Positions 18,465 through 27,717 are shown, numbered from the stretch's first letter. The stretch: DNA of 38,203 nt from Cyclobacteriaceae bacterium (GCA_035344095.1 DAORAG010000001.1:1-38203), one strand, 5' to 3'. Notes: generated by a model not told the origin, from the letters alone. Translations and numbers: made by a program.

Positions 18465-19502
18465 CTATCGACTGTAATTCTTGTTTAAAACGTTTTCTGC
18501 TTGCTTGCCTTGTGGGGTAAAGTCAATCTCATGTAATCGACCACCTTTTACCGGATACCATTTCCAAAAGTAGGCGCCCGCCAGCCAGTCCTTTTTCCAT
18601 GCCGTATCGAAGAAAGCTTGATAGCAGGCAGCTTGTGTGATCTCACAAACTTTATTTGTAAGATTTTCCTGCGGCCAACGCCAGGGTTCTATGGCTGCAT
18701 CTTCAGTGCTGCGGTACCCGATTTCTGTAAAGATCACAGATTTGTTAAATCGATTTTGAACCAGTTCTATCTCAGCCAGATGCTTACTCCAACTTGCAGA
18801 AAGGTCGCTTACTTCTGGTTTATTCACTTTCGAAAGTGGAAAGTAGGCTTGAATGCCAATGAAATCAAGTGCGTCCCAGAATTTTATGCGGTCAAACTCT
18901 TCATGAAAATTGGCTGCGTAGGTGATCTGGCCGTGATATAATTTACGAACAGACTGAATTAAATTCCGCCATTCTTTTTCGTGCGCTATCGTGCCCTTCA
19001 GTTCAGTGCCAATGCAGAAGATTTCAATATTATTCGTGTTGGCTAGTTTGGCATAATGCAAAATGAACTTTGAATAGTTGTCAAACCATTGTGTCCACTC
19101 CTCTTCGCTGCGCATTTGGATGTCACCTGGCCATCCATTGCGGACCCAGAGATGGGGCTTCAGCATGCTTTTTATCCCAAGGGCACGTGCTATGCGTACG
19201 GTTTCGGTAATTCCCTGGTCAGATTCTCCCCACCACGTGTGGTCAGAGTTGGTATTCATCTTGATAATGGGTGACTCCGCATCCGACTGCCATCCAAAGG
19301 GAGTTTGAGAAATCCACTCGATGTTATTTTTGGTAAGCGCACTCAGGTCATCGGGCGTTACCTCGTTTCTTCCACCCACCCAGCAAACACCTTTCTGCTT
19401 TGCGACTGGAACTGGCGTATAGAACTGGTTCGAGTTCACATAAAATGTAGTGAGCCCAATTACAGCAGCCGCAAGAAATACTAATAGAATTTTGGATTTC
19501 AA
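18465..19502 (-). CDS. GH113-like TIM-barrel glycoside hydrolase with N-terminal anchor
   Basis: MLKPHLW, CIGTEL (putative acid/base), TYAAN, FWDALDFIGIQAYFPL, FTEIGY (putative nucleophile) and FTPQGK. Confidence 0.8.
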   Translation of the reverse strand: MKSKILLVFLAAAVIGLTTFYVNSNQFYTPVPVAKQKGVCWVGGRNEVTPDDLSALTKNNIEWISQTPFGWQSDAESPIIKMNTNSDHTWWGESDQGITETVRIARALGIKSMLKPHLWVRNGWPGDIQMRSEEEWTQWFDNYSKFILHYAKLANTNNIEIFCIGTELKGTIAHEKEWRNLIQSVRKLYHGQITYAANFHEEFDRIKFWDALDFIGIQAYFPLSKVNKPEVSDLSASWSKHLAEIELVQNRFNKSVIFTEIGYRSTEDAAIEPWRWPQENLTNKVCEITQAACYQAFFDTAWKKDWLAGAYFWKWYPVKGGRLHEIDFTPQGKQAENVLNKNYSR

Positions 19503-19506
19503 TCCT

Positions 19507-20220
19507 TCAATTTACAATCTCCATATCAAAAATGGAGGCGATTTTTTCTTTCAAAACGGATTTCACTTCTGAGAGGTTTTGTTCAGTCCCAAGTTCTTTG
19601 GCCATAGACGTGACTGCTTTATCGGCTATGCCACAGGGCACGATGTACTCAAAATAGCTCAAATCCGTATTGACGTTAAAGGCCAGGCCGTGCATGGTTA
19701 CCCATCGGCTGGTTTTTACGCCCAGTGCACAAATCTTTCGGGCCCGCTCCGTTTCCGGCTCAAGCCATACCCCGGTCAACCCCGCTATCCGCCCCGACTC
19801 AATACCAAAGTGCGCAAGTGTCTCTATTACGGCTTCTTCCAACAGCCGCATGTATTTGTGAATGTCGGTGAAGAAATTTTCCATATCGATCACGGGATAA
19901 ACAACGATTTGGCCCGGCCCATGGTAGGTGATATCCCCACCACGGTTGATATGATGGTAGGTAGCATTAATGGTATTGAGATTTTTTTTGTCGATCAACA
20001 AATTCTTTTCATCTCCACTTTTACCTAATGTAAAAACATGGGGATGTTCGCAGAAGAGAAGATAGTTTTCAGTGAGATCAGCATTCGACTCAGCTTGTCG
20101 ATTGAGCTTCTTTACTTCGAGCGTCTTATTAAATAACTCAGTTTGGTAGTCCCAGGCTTTGGCAAAGTCGATTACCCCCAGGTCAATAAATTTTGTGAGA
20201 CGCGTTACGTTTAGGTTCAC
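19507..20220 (-). CDS. lipB: Lipoyl(octanoyl) transferase
   Basis: EHPHVFTLG, RGGDITYHGPGQ, KICALG, HGLAFNV and IVPCG motifs. Confidence 0.97.
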   Translation of the reverse strand: MNLNVTRLTKFIDLGVIDFAKAWDYQTELFNKTLEVKKLNRQAESNADLTENYLLFCEHPHVFTLGKSGDEKNLLIDKKNLNTINATYHHINRGGDITYHGPGQIVVYPVIDMENFFTDIHKYMRLLEEAVIETLAHFGIESGRIAGLTGVWLEPETERARKICALGVKTSRWVTMHGLAFNVNTDLSYFEYIVPCGIADKAVTSMAKELGTEQNLSEVKSVLKEKIASIFDMEIVN

Positions 20221-21215
20221 TTTATTTTTTCCAACTCTGCTTTGAGGAAGTCGATTACATCAACGGGGTCTGGATCGACTTTATTTTCAATAGCGAGGTA
20301 GTAGGATATCCAGTCTGTAAGATGAATGAGATGATAGTATTGTTCAAGCAGCGAAGCTCCTTCAGCAACGATATCAATAATAGGATTGGATCTTTTTTCG
20401 AAGATGTCACGGCATAGCTCCATCCGTTTTTCCACACGAACATGGTCGTGGTCGGTGTAGAGGTAAATTACCTGACACTGGGAAAGAACCGACTGCGGGT
20501 TCACCCACCCTACAATTTCATTGTGATTCATTTCCGGGAATGTGTTCACATGGGCAAGGTGTTTGGCGTTTTCATTCAATTGGTTTTGAAATCGCACAGC
20601 CATGGCATTCAGCCTTCCATCGCAATAGATAATTGGGAGCTTGCCACTGATTTTTTTGGCTATCAATTCAGCCTGAGCCTGTATAGCTTTCTCTCCCCGG
20701 TCCAGGTATTCAATCGCGTTCTCGGTCTCTTTGATAAATGCAGCACCAATTAAGTTTGTATGATACAAGGCGAAAAGAAGCGAAACCATGAGATAGCTCA
20801 ACATGGCCCTGGGACTCGGTGAGCCAGCAGGCACTTGTATATAATGAAGATTGTATTCTTTTGCCACCTCCAGCATTTTGCCACCGGATGTTATGCAAAT
20901 AATATGCGCTCTTTTGAGCAACGCCTTTTGAATCGCTGATAGTGTTTCTTCTGTATTGCCACTGTAGGAGCACGCAATAAAAAGCGTGTGGGGACTTACA
21001 AACTGTGGAATATTGTACCCCTTAGAAACTGTGATCGGAATAGGCACCCGGCCAAAGGTGAGCGACTCAATAAGGTTGGCGCCAATACCTGATCCTCCCA
21101 TTCCTGTAATCAGGATATTCCGAATGTCGCTGCCGGGCCGCACCAGATCAACTGCTTGTCCAATCTTCAGTGCATCGCTGAGTTGTCGTGTGAAGCTCTC
21201 GATCAGTTTCTTCAT
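20217..21215 (-). CDS. Bifunctional phosphoglucose/phosphomannose isomerase (SIS domain)
   Basis: GMGGSG, SYSGNTEET, TSGG, ENAK and PEMNHNEIVGW motifs. Confidence 0.9.
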   Translation of the reverse strand: MKKLIESFTRQLSDALKIGQAVDLVRPGSDIRNILITGMGGSGIGANLIESLTFGRVPIPITVSKGYNIPQFVSPHTLFIACSYSGNTEETLSAIQKALLKRAHIICITSGGKMLEVAKEYNLHYIQVPAGSPSPRAMLSYLMVSLLFALYHTNLIGAAFIKETENAIEYLDRGEKAIQAQAELIAKKISGKLPIIYCDGRLNAMAVRFQNQLNENAKHLAHVNTFPEMNHNEIVGWVNPQSVLSQCQVIYLYTDHDHVRVEKRMELCRDIFEKRSNPIIDIVAEGASLLEQYYHLIHLTDWISYYLAIENKVDPDPVDVIDFLKAELEKIK

Positions 21216-21235
21216 TTCTAATTAACTTAAGGGAT

Positions 21236-21243
21236 CAAATGTA
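21236..21243 (-). promoter_or_regulatory. -7 promoter element for the pgi/pmi-lipB-GH113 operon
   Basis: TACATTTG on the minus strand within the 33-bp divergent gap. Confidence 0.6.
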
Positions 21244-21248
21244 ATTGC

Positions 21249-21602
21249 ATGACCGATAAAATCAAAAAGGGTGAACTGGGTGAGCAATTGGCCGCCAACT
21301 TTTTGACAGAGAAGGGTTATGACATTTTAGAGCGTAACTACCGATACAAACATTCCGAAATCGATTTAATCGTTAAAAAAGATAACTGGCTTGTTTTTGT
21401 TGAAGTAAAGACCAGAACCTCAGAAGCATTTGGCTATCCTGAGAATTTTGTTGACGATAAGAAAGCGGAAAAAATACTTGAGGGAGCAGAACAATATCTT
21501 TTTGAGACAAATTGGGATGGTAACGTTCGGTACGATATCATCTCCATTATGCTAAAGAAAGACATCCCCGAGGTTGTTCACTTCGAGGATGCTTTTCATT
21601 AG
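21249..21602 (+). CDS. yraN: YraN/UPF0102 family nuclease-fold protein
   Basis: GELGEQLA, NYR, EIDLI, FVEVKTR and RYDII motifs. Confidence 0.93.
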   Translation: MTDKIKKGELGEQLAANFLTEKGYDILERNYRYKHSEIDLIVKKDNWLVFVEVKTRTSEAFGYPENFVDDKKAEKILEGAEQYLFETNWDGNVRYDIISIMLKKDIPEVVHFEDAFH

Positions 21603-21605
21603 TAA

Positions 21606-23033
21606 TTACTGTTTGCCGATTGGGGGTGGTCCGGGAGGGATTAAGCCGGAGTATACATGATCTCCTTTTCTTTGTTTGAACTCTGCCTTTACCGCCTCTA
21701 CCTTTTTCGGATCTTCAAATAGGTCAGCCATGGTCATGGCCAATGTCTTTGCTGTTTGGATCATCCCTTTATGACCGATTGACATACCACCACAGGCCAC
21801 TACTGCCCATGAATGCCATGGCGTGTCAATGGGAGCAGTGCCTCCGTCCATTCTTACTACGGGTACAATCCAGCTCACATCACCTACGTCAGTCGAGCCT
21901 CCTCCGGGATTCTCTTGTGTTTCTTCCAGAGGTTCAATCTTGCTGTACAGGCCTACCTGTTTTTTGCCTGTGGCTTCTTGAATCTTTTTTGCGTAGGCAA
22001 TTTCTTCGTCAGTGTATTGGATGGGCCCCAGAAGCTCCAGGTTCTTCTGTATCAGCTCGCCACCTGCCCTGTTGACCAGGATTTCGTAGATACCAGATAC
22101 AAGAGATATTTTGTAATCCACGTCCGCCATGATGGCCGCGCCCTCTGCCATTTTTTTCACTCGCTCATACACTTCGTTCATTCCTTCCCGCTTTGTGTCG
22201 CGCACGCGTACCCAAAGCCTTGAATAATCCGGAACAACATTTACGACCTGACCTCCATCTTGAATATGGTAATGTATTCTTACCGTAGGTCTAATATGTT
22301 CACGATAATAATTGATTCCTGTAGTATACAACTCAAGTGCATCGGATGCACTCTTTCCATTCCAGGGGTCGGCAGACGCATGTGCGGTCTGACCATAAAA
22401 CTCAACCGTGAAGTCAACCAGCGCCAAGGTACTTTGAACCGCAGCCTTTGTTTCTGCAGAAGGATGCCAATCCATGCAGACATCCAGATCATTGAAGAGG
22501 CCGGCCCGCGCCATCCAGAGTTTGCCAAAGAATTTTTCTTCAGCAGGCGTGCCAAAGAATTTCACCGTGCCTTTCAACTTTCCTTGCGCCATCAATTCCT
22601 TTATCGCGACTGCTGCTCCAAGGCTTGCTGTTCCGTACAAATTATGACCACACCCATGGCCAGCCTTGCCTGGTTCCAAAGCCTCTTTGTGAGGTACTGC
22701 CTTTTGCGAGATACCTGGAAGTGCATCAAACTCTCCAAGGATACCAATAACTGGGCTACCGCTGCCGTAGGTTGCGACAAAGGCCGTTGGTATTTCCGCC
22801 ACACCGCGCTCTACTTTAAAGCCGTTGGCCTCAGCGTAGTCGGCCAATAGTTTGCTGGATTCAGTTTCCTGAAAGGCGATTTCAGCATGGGCCCAAATCT
22901 TGTCGCTGATGTTGGTAAGTTTTGATGCTTGATTATCGACCGACTGAATTATTGTCTTTTTATTCGGTGTGATCTTTTGAGCGAACGCATGTAGGCTCAA
23001 GAAAGCAATGACCACAAGTAGAAGTTTTCTCAT
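21606..23033 (-). CDS. Secreted M20 amidohydrolase (AbgB-like)
   Basis: Signal peptide MRKLLLVV...AFAQ; EFDALPG, HGCGHN, PAEE, GSTDVGDVSW and HSW motifs. Confidence 0.88.
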   Translation of the reverse strand: MRKLLLVVIAFLSLHAFAQKITPNKKTIIQSVDNQASKLTNISDKIWAHAEIAFQETESSKLLADYAEANGFKVERGVAEIPTAFVATYGSGSPVIGILGEFDALPGISQKAVPHKEALEPGKAGHGCGHNLYGTASLGAAVAIKELMAQGKLKGTVKFFGTPAEEKFFGKLWMARAGLFNDLDVCMDWHPSAETKAAVQSTLALVDFTVEFYGQTAHASADPWNGKSASDALELYTTGINYYREHIRPTVRIHYHIQDGGQVVNVVPDYSRLWVRVRDTKREGMNEVYERVKKMAEGAAIMADVDYKISLVSGIYEILVNRAGGELIQKNLELLGPIQYTDEEIAYAKKIQEATGKKQVGLYSKIEPLEETQENPGGGSTDVGDVSWIVPVVRMDGGTAPIDTPWHSWAVVACGGMSIGHKGMIQTAKTLAMTMADLFEDPKKVEAVKAEFKQRKGDHVYSGLIPPGPPPIGKQ

Positions 23034-23110
23034 TGGAATTGATTTTTCTTTCAATCTATCCAATGTTTTGGAAATGCGCTAGCTGAAATTAGCTGAGAGG
23101 TGGGGCGCTG

Positions 23111-23944
23111 TTACTGGCCCTTTCTGTTGCTGTATACTTCCTTACCCTTTTCGTTCCACTCGCTTCTAATGAAAGGATTCTGCTCATGATCGAAAGGATC
23201 ATCGGGAAAGATGATGATCTTTTTTCTCCTTCCATTGGGATAGTTTTCAATCCACTCGCCCACTTTGTTATCCCATTTGTATTCGCCTGTTACGGCAATG
23301 CCTCCATTTTCATGGAATTGATAGTAGTAGCCCTCGCGTTCACCAAACTCAACGGGGATGATCTCCTTTACTTTTGTGCGCTCCGCGGGATCATAATAGA
23401 CGACAAGTGATTCCTTTGGCCATCCCTTGTAATATTTTGCCTTGTCTACCAAAAGATTTTGCCTGTCGTACTGCATCCAGCGTCCATGTTTGGTGCCTTT
23501 GTAAAAGATTCCCTCTTCTAACAACTGATCTCCTTGCATTCGCCTGTATGGCCCATGAAGCAGCACGCCTTTGCTCGGATCGAAGTTGTTGGTCTTTCTG
23601 ATTTCCCTGCGTGTGAAGTCATACCAATAGATGTCGCGAACAAATTGGTTGGGCTTGTCTTGTGTTTTTAGATAATAAAAAAGTTCAATTACTACGCGGT
23701 CGCCATAGCCTTTCCTGGTGAAACCTTTCTTGGTTTTGAGGCCATAGAAAACTTTTTTCTTGCGCTTCTTTTTCTTGGTGACGATGGGTTCGTCAATATC
23801 TTCGTCCAATTCGAGAAGCTTAAAGGGTTTGTCAGTGTCGAAAGTAAACTGACCTTCAACAACGCGAGCCTGCTCGTTAGGTTGGGCAAATAACCCCACC
23901 TGACAAAACAACATCGCGATTACAAATGAAAGTTTCTTTTCCAT
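23111..23944 (-). CDS. Secreted MORN-variant repeat (YwqK-like) protein
   Basis: Signal peptide ending LFAQ; repeats EEGIFYKGTKHGRW, EGYYYQFHENG and GEYKWDNKVGEW. Confidence 0.75.
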   Translation of the reverse strand: MEKKLSFVIAMLFCQVGLFAQPNEQARVVEGQFTFDTDKPFKLLELDEDIDEPIVTKKKKRKKKVFYGLKTKKGFTRKGYGDRVVIELFYYLKTQDKPNQFVRDIYWYDFTRREIRKTNNFDPSKGVLLHGPYRRMQGDQLLEEGIFYKGTKHGRWMQYDRQNLLVDKAKYYKGWPKESLVVYYDPAERTKVKEIIPVEFGEREGYYYQFHENGGIAVTGEYKWDNKVGEWIENYPNGRRKKIIIFPDDPFDHEQNPFIRSEWNEKGKEVYSNRKGQ

Positions 23945-23992
23945 TTCTTCTTCACAACGAAGTTACAAAAATTATATTTTAACGTCCATCGT

Positions 23993-24020
23993 AAAGAAAA
24001 AGGCCTCGCGTAGAGGCCTT
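23993..24020 (-). terminator. Intrinsic terminator of htpG
   Basis: AAGGCCTC-TACGC-GAGGCCTT followed by TTTCTTT on the minus strand, 22 nt after the stop. Confidence 0.85.
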
Positions 24021-24042
24021 CTTAATTCAGTCTAACTTTGTG

Positions 24043-25935
24043 TTACGAAACCAACTCAACACTTCTTTTTATAAAGCTGGTGAGGTCGGCTCCGGTAAGC
24101 ATATTTTGCGAAAGCAAAGCAAGATCATAAGCCTGCTTGGCCAACTTAATTTTTTGTTCTTCAGTTTCTGCTTTCAGCACTTTCTGAATCACGTTGTGAT
24201 TTGCGTTTACCGCAACATTATAGTTATCTGGCATCGATCCCATAAATGGCATTCCGCCACCACCTGTTTTGGCCATGTCTTTCATCCTTCTCATCCATTC
24301 GCTCATGGTCACTGTCACAGGCAGGTCATTTGGAGACATAGATTCCACAGCCAGCGTCATGTTGGTGTTATTGATCGCTTTTTCAAAAATGGTTTTCACC
24401 TGCTCCTCCTCTTCTTTCGATAACACACTTTCCACTTTCTCATCTTTGGCAATCAACTTGTCAACGGTGTCGCTGTCTACACGTTTGATTTGTGTTTTCT
24501 CAAATTTTTGCTCCAGGTTGCTGATGAAGTGACTGTCCAAAACACCGTCCATCAACAGTACATCGTATGACTTGTCCTTGGCCATTTGGATGTATGTGTC
24601 TTGCTTGCCGGGATCTGTTGAGTAGAGATAAACCAACTGCTTGTCTTTGTCCGTTTGCGTTGGCTTTACCTTTTCTTTGTATTCATTGAATGTGAAATAT
24701 TCTTTGTTCACATTCTTCAGTAGCGCGAAGTCTTTTGCTTTTTCATAGAATTTCTCATCGCTGATCATTCCATACTTCACGAAGATGTTGATATCATCCC
24801 ATTTCTTTTCAAACTCCTTCCGGTCCTTTTTATACATATCGGTGAGCTTGTCAGCTACTTTCTTGGTGATATGCTGACTGATCTTCTTTACGTTAGAATC
24901 TGACTGTAGATAGCTGCGGGAAACGTTTAAAGGGATGTCAGGTGAGTCAAGCACACCATGCAGTAACATCAAGAAATCGGGAACAACATCTTTCACTTCA
25001 TCGGTGATAAACACCTGGCGTGAGTAGAGTTGAATTTTGTTTTTCTGAAGTTCGAAATCGTTTTTCACCTTAGGGAAATAGAGAATTCCCGTCAGGTTGA
25101 AAGGATAGTCTACATTGAGATGAATCCAGAAGAGCGGATCCTCTGAGAAGGGATATAATTCTTTATAAAATTTCAGATAGTCTTCATCCTTTAGATCGTT
25201 GGGTGATTTTGCCCAAAGTGGTTCGGGATTGTTGATGATCCGGTCAACCGTTACACTCTTGTATTTTTTCTTCCCGTCTTTGTCCTCGCCATCTTCTACA
25301 CTTTCTTCCTTGGTGCCAAACTTGATTTCGACAGGGAGGAACTTACAGTACTTTTCAAGGATACCCTTTATTTTCCATTCATCGAGAAACTCTTCGGAGT
25401 CTTTATTGATATGAAGAATGACATCAGTACCTCTGTCTTTTTTCGTTGTTGGTTCGATGGCAAACTCGGTTGAACCATCGCATGTCCACTTGGCTGCTTC
25501 GTTCTCAGCGGCTGTGTGCGATCTGGTAATGATCTCAACATTGTCGGCCACCATGAAAGAAGAGTAGAAGCCGAGACCAAATTTTCCGATGATATCTTTG
25601 GCGTCACCCTTGTCCTTAAATTTTTCTACGAATTCTGCCGCTCCTGAAAAGGCAATTTGATTGATGTATTTTTTAACCTCTTCGGCCGTCATACCAATAC
25701 CGCGATCGCTCACCGTAATGGTCTTTTTCTTCTTGTCGAATTTTACTTCTATTCGGATGTCTCCAAGCTCATCTTTGAACTCACCCAGAGAGGCTAGTTT
25801 TTTTAGTTTCTGTGTTGCATCTACCGCGTTGCTCACCAATTCACGCAGGAAGATCTCATGGTCAGAGTAGAGAAACTTCTTTATGATGGGAAAGATGTTT
25901 TCGGTATGGATTGAAATAGAACCTGTTTCCTTCAT
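24043..25935 (-). CDS. htpG: Hsp90 chaperone
   Basis: FLRELVSNAVDA, DRGIGMT, IGKFGLGFYSSF and DIPLNVSR motifs. Confidence 0.98.
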   Translation of the reverse strand: MKETGSISIHTENIFPIIKKFLYSDHEIFLRELVSNAVDATQKLKKLASLGEFKDELGDIRIEVKFDKKKKTITVSDRGIGMTAEEVKKYINQIAFSGAAEFVEKFKDKGDAKDIIGKFGLGFYSSFMVADNVEIITRSHTAAENEAAKWTCDGSTEFAIEPTTKKDRGTDVILHINKDSEEFLDEWKIKGILEKYCKFLPVEIKFGTKEESVEDGEDKDGKKKYKSVTVDRIINNPEPLWAKSPNDLKDEDYLKFYKELYPFSEDPLFWIHLNVDYPFNLTGILYFPKVKNDFELQKNKIQLYSRQVFITDEVKDVVPDFLMLLHGVLDSPDIPLNVSRSYLQSDSNVKKISQHITKKVADKLTDMYKKDRKEFEKKWDDINIFVKYGMISDEKFYEKAKDFALLKNVNKEYFTFNEYKEKVKPTQTDKDKQLVYLYSTDPGKQDTYIQMAKDKSYDVLLMDGVLDSHFISNLEQKFEKTQIKRVDSDTVDKLIAKDEKVESVLSKEEEEQVKTIFEKAINNTNMTLAVESMSPNDLPVTVTMSEWMRRMKDMAKTGGGGMPFMGSMPDNYNVAVNANHNVIQKVLKAETEEQKIKLAKQAYDLALLSQNMLTGADLTSFIKRSVELVS

Positions 25936-25965
25936 GATTAGATGTTTTTAGACCTCTGGGCTTTT

Positions 25966-25980
25966 TCAAAAACTATTCCA
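25966..25980 (-). promoter_or_regulatory. Putative sigma54-type (-24/-12) promoter of htpG
   Basis: TGGAATAGTTTTTGA aligns with TGGCACGNNNNTTGC with correct GG-to-TTG spacing. Confidence 0.5.
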
Positions 25981-26015
25981 CAGACGTGGAATTATGACAT
26001 GTTGACAGTGTGAGG

Positions 26016-26039
26016 GTCAGGCAACAGCTGTTGCCTGAC
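26016..26039. repeat. Perfect 24-bp palindrome covering the rng stop codon
   Basis: GTCAGGCAACAG|CTGTTGCCTGAC is its own reverse complement. Confidence 0.9.
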
Positions 26040-27591
26040 TTATTTCAATTTCCTCTCCGTCCTTGTTTAGGTACTTGCATTCGGTAACCCCCAGCGAAGT
26101 ATCCTGGACGAGATCCACCCATCGCTTGTATTTAAAGAACCATTTTGTTCTTCGGGAAATAATGCCATGCGTGAAAAACGCGTACAAATAGGGGTGGAGC
26201 GCTAAGACAAGCTTCTTCTCGTTTTGCTTTACCAGCAAATGCTCAATGTTTTTCTCGATGATATCGGACACCAGAATGGAAGCAGTGATTGTACCCGTGC
26301 CGTTGCAGGTTGGGCAGACTTCCTTGGTCGCGATGTTCATCTGAGGCCTCACACGCTCGCGCGTGATCTGCATCAGCCCAAACTTTGAAAGGGGAAGTAC
26401 AGTATGTTTGGCACGGTCTGACGCAGCCATCTCGTCCTTCATGGTCTTGTGTAGTAGCCTTTTATTTTCGGCACTACGCATGTCTATGAAGTCGACTACT
26501 ATGATGCCACCCATGTCGCGTAGCCTCAGCTGCCTTGCTACTTCCTTGGCTGCTTCAATGTTTACCGACAGCGCAGTTGTCTCCTGATTCTCCTCGCGAT
26601 TCGATTTGTTGCCACTATTGACATCCACCACGTGAAGCGCTTCGGTGTGTTCGATGATCAGATATCCACCGCCTCTCAGGCTTACGGTTTGGCCAAACGC
26701 AGATTTGATCTGTTTCTCGACATTGTAATGTTCGAAGATCTTGGCTTTGCCAGTGTATAGTTTTACTATCTTCTCCTTGTCAGGAGCAATGGTGTGGATA
26801 TAGGATTTAACATCCTCAAATATCTTTTTGTCATCAACATGAATATTGTCGAAAGACTCGTTGAGGACGTCCCTTAGGATGGAAGATGTTTTGCTGATTT
26901 CACCAATTACCTTATCGCGGGGATTGGCAGACACCAATCTTTTGATTCCGTCATCCCAGGTTTTCACCAGATTGCGCAGATCTTTATCCAGTTCTGCAAC
27001 CTCCTTACCCTCGGCCACGGTGCGAATGATAACCCCAAAATTTTCGGGTTTTATGGATTGAATAAGACGAAGAAGTCGTTTACGCTCTTCGCTGCTAGTA
27101 ATTTTTTTAGATACGCTTACCGTATTACTAAACGGTACCAATACCAGGTACCGACCTGGAATGGATAACTCACACGAAAGTCGCGGGCCCTTGGTGGAAA
27201 TAGGTTCTTTAACCACCTGTACCGGAATCACCTGACCTTTTGAAAGCTGCTGGGAAACTTTCCCATGCTTGTCAATGTCTTTTTCCAACTGGAATCTGTC
27301 CAGTTTGCCTCCGGTAATCTTCTTTGCACGGACTAGTTTTGTGAATTTCTGAAGTGATCCAAATTGAGCTCCCAGATCCAGGTAATGCAAAAATGCATCT
27401 TTTTCATACCCGATATCAATGAAGGCTGCGTTCAGACCCTGGACTACTTTTTTTACAGTACCCAGATAGATATCACCAACTACAAACTTGCTTCCTTCCT
27501 CTTCTTGATGAAATTCAGCAAGGTGCTTATCCTTGAGAAGTGCTATGCGACATCCGTTTTGAGTTGCGCTAATGATTAGTTCATTACTCAA
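26017..27591 (-). CDS. rng: Rne/Rng-family endoribonuclease (RNase G)
   Basis: S1 domain GLNAAFIDIG; KEPISTKGPRL, VDVNSG, LRLRDMGGIIVVDFIDM and Zn-link CPTC motifs. Confidence 0.95.
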   Translation of the reverse strand: MSNELIISATQNGCRIALLKDKHLAEFHQEEEGSKFVVGDIYLGTVKKVVQGLNAAFIDIGYEKDAFLHYLDLGAQFGSLQKFTKLVRAKKITGGKLDRFQLEKDIDKHGKVSQQLSKGQVIPVQVVKEPISTKGPRLSCELSIPGRYLVLVPFSNTVSVSKKITSSEERKRLLRLIQSIKPENFGVIIRTVAEGKEVAELDKDLRNLVKTWDDGIKRLVSANPRDKVIGEISKTSSILRDVLNESFDNIHVDDKKIFEDVKSYIHTIAPDKEKIVKLYTGKAKIFEHYNVEKQIKSAFGQTVSLRGGGYLIIEHTEALHVVDVNSGNKSNREENQETTALSVNIEAAKEVARQLRLRDMGGIIVVDFIDMRSAENKRLLHKTMKDEMAASDRAKHTVLPLSKFGLMQITRERVRPQMNIATKEVCPTCNGTGTITASILVSDIIEKNIEHLLVKQNEKKLVLALHPYLYAFFTHGIISRRTKWFFKYKRWVDLVQDTSLGVTECKYLNKDGEEIEISQATAVA

Positions 27592-27627
27592 AACTGTAGA
27601 TGTTTAATGTGCTACATCGATCGGATG

Positions 27628-27717
27628 TTATTTCTTCTTATGTCTGTTTTTTCTCAGGCGCTTCTTGCGCTTGTGAGTTGCCATCTTGTGCTTCTTTCTC
27701 TTTTTTCCGCTTGGCAT
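27628..27717 (-). CDS. 30S ribosomal protein bS22 (AURKAIP1/COX24/mS38-like), 29 aa, not in ORF track
   Basis: Hand translation MPSGKKRKKHKMATHKRKKRLRKNRHKKK*, preceded by an A-rich initiation region. Confidence 0.9.
   Translation of the reverse strand: MPSGKKRKKHKMATHKRKKRLRKNRHKKK

Noticed and set aside
22260-22850. 196-aa plus-strand ORF and the many other antisense ORFs in the track
   Set aside because: They are shadows of well-supported genes on the opposite strand and show no recognisable motifs.
23111-23944. YwqK-like protein as part of a toxin-antitoxin system
   Set aside because: There is no adjacent toxin and it has a signal peptide; the similarity reflects generic MORN-variant repeats.
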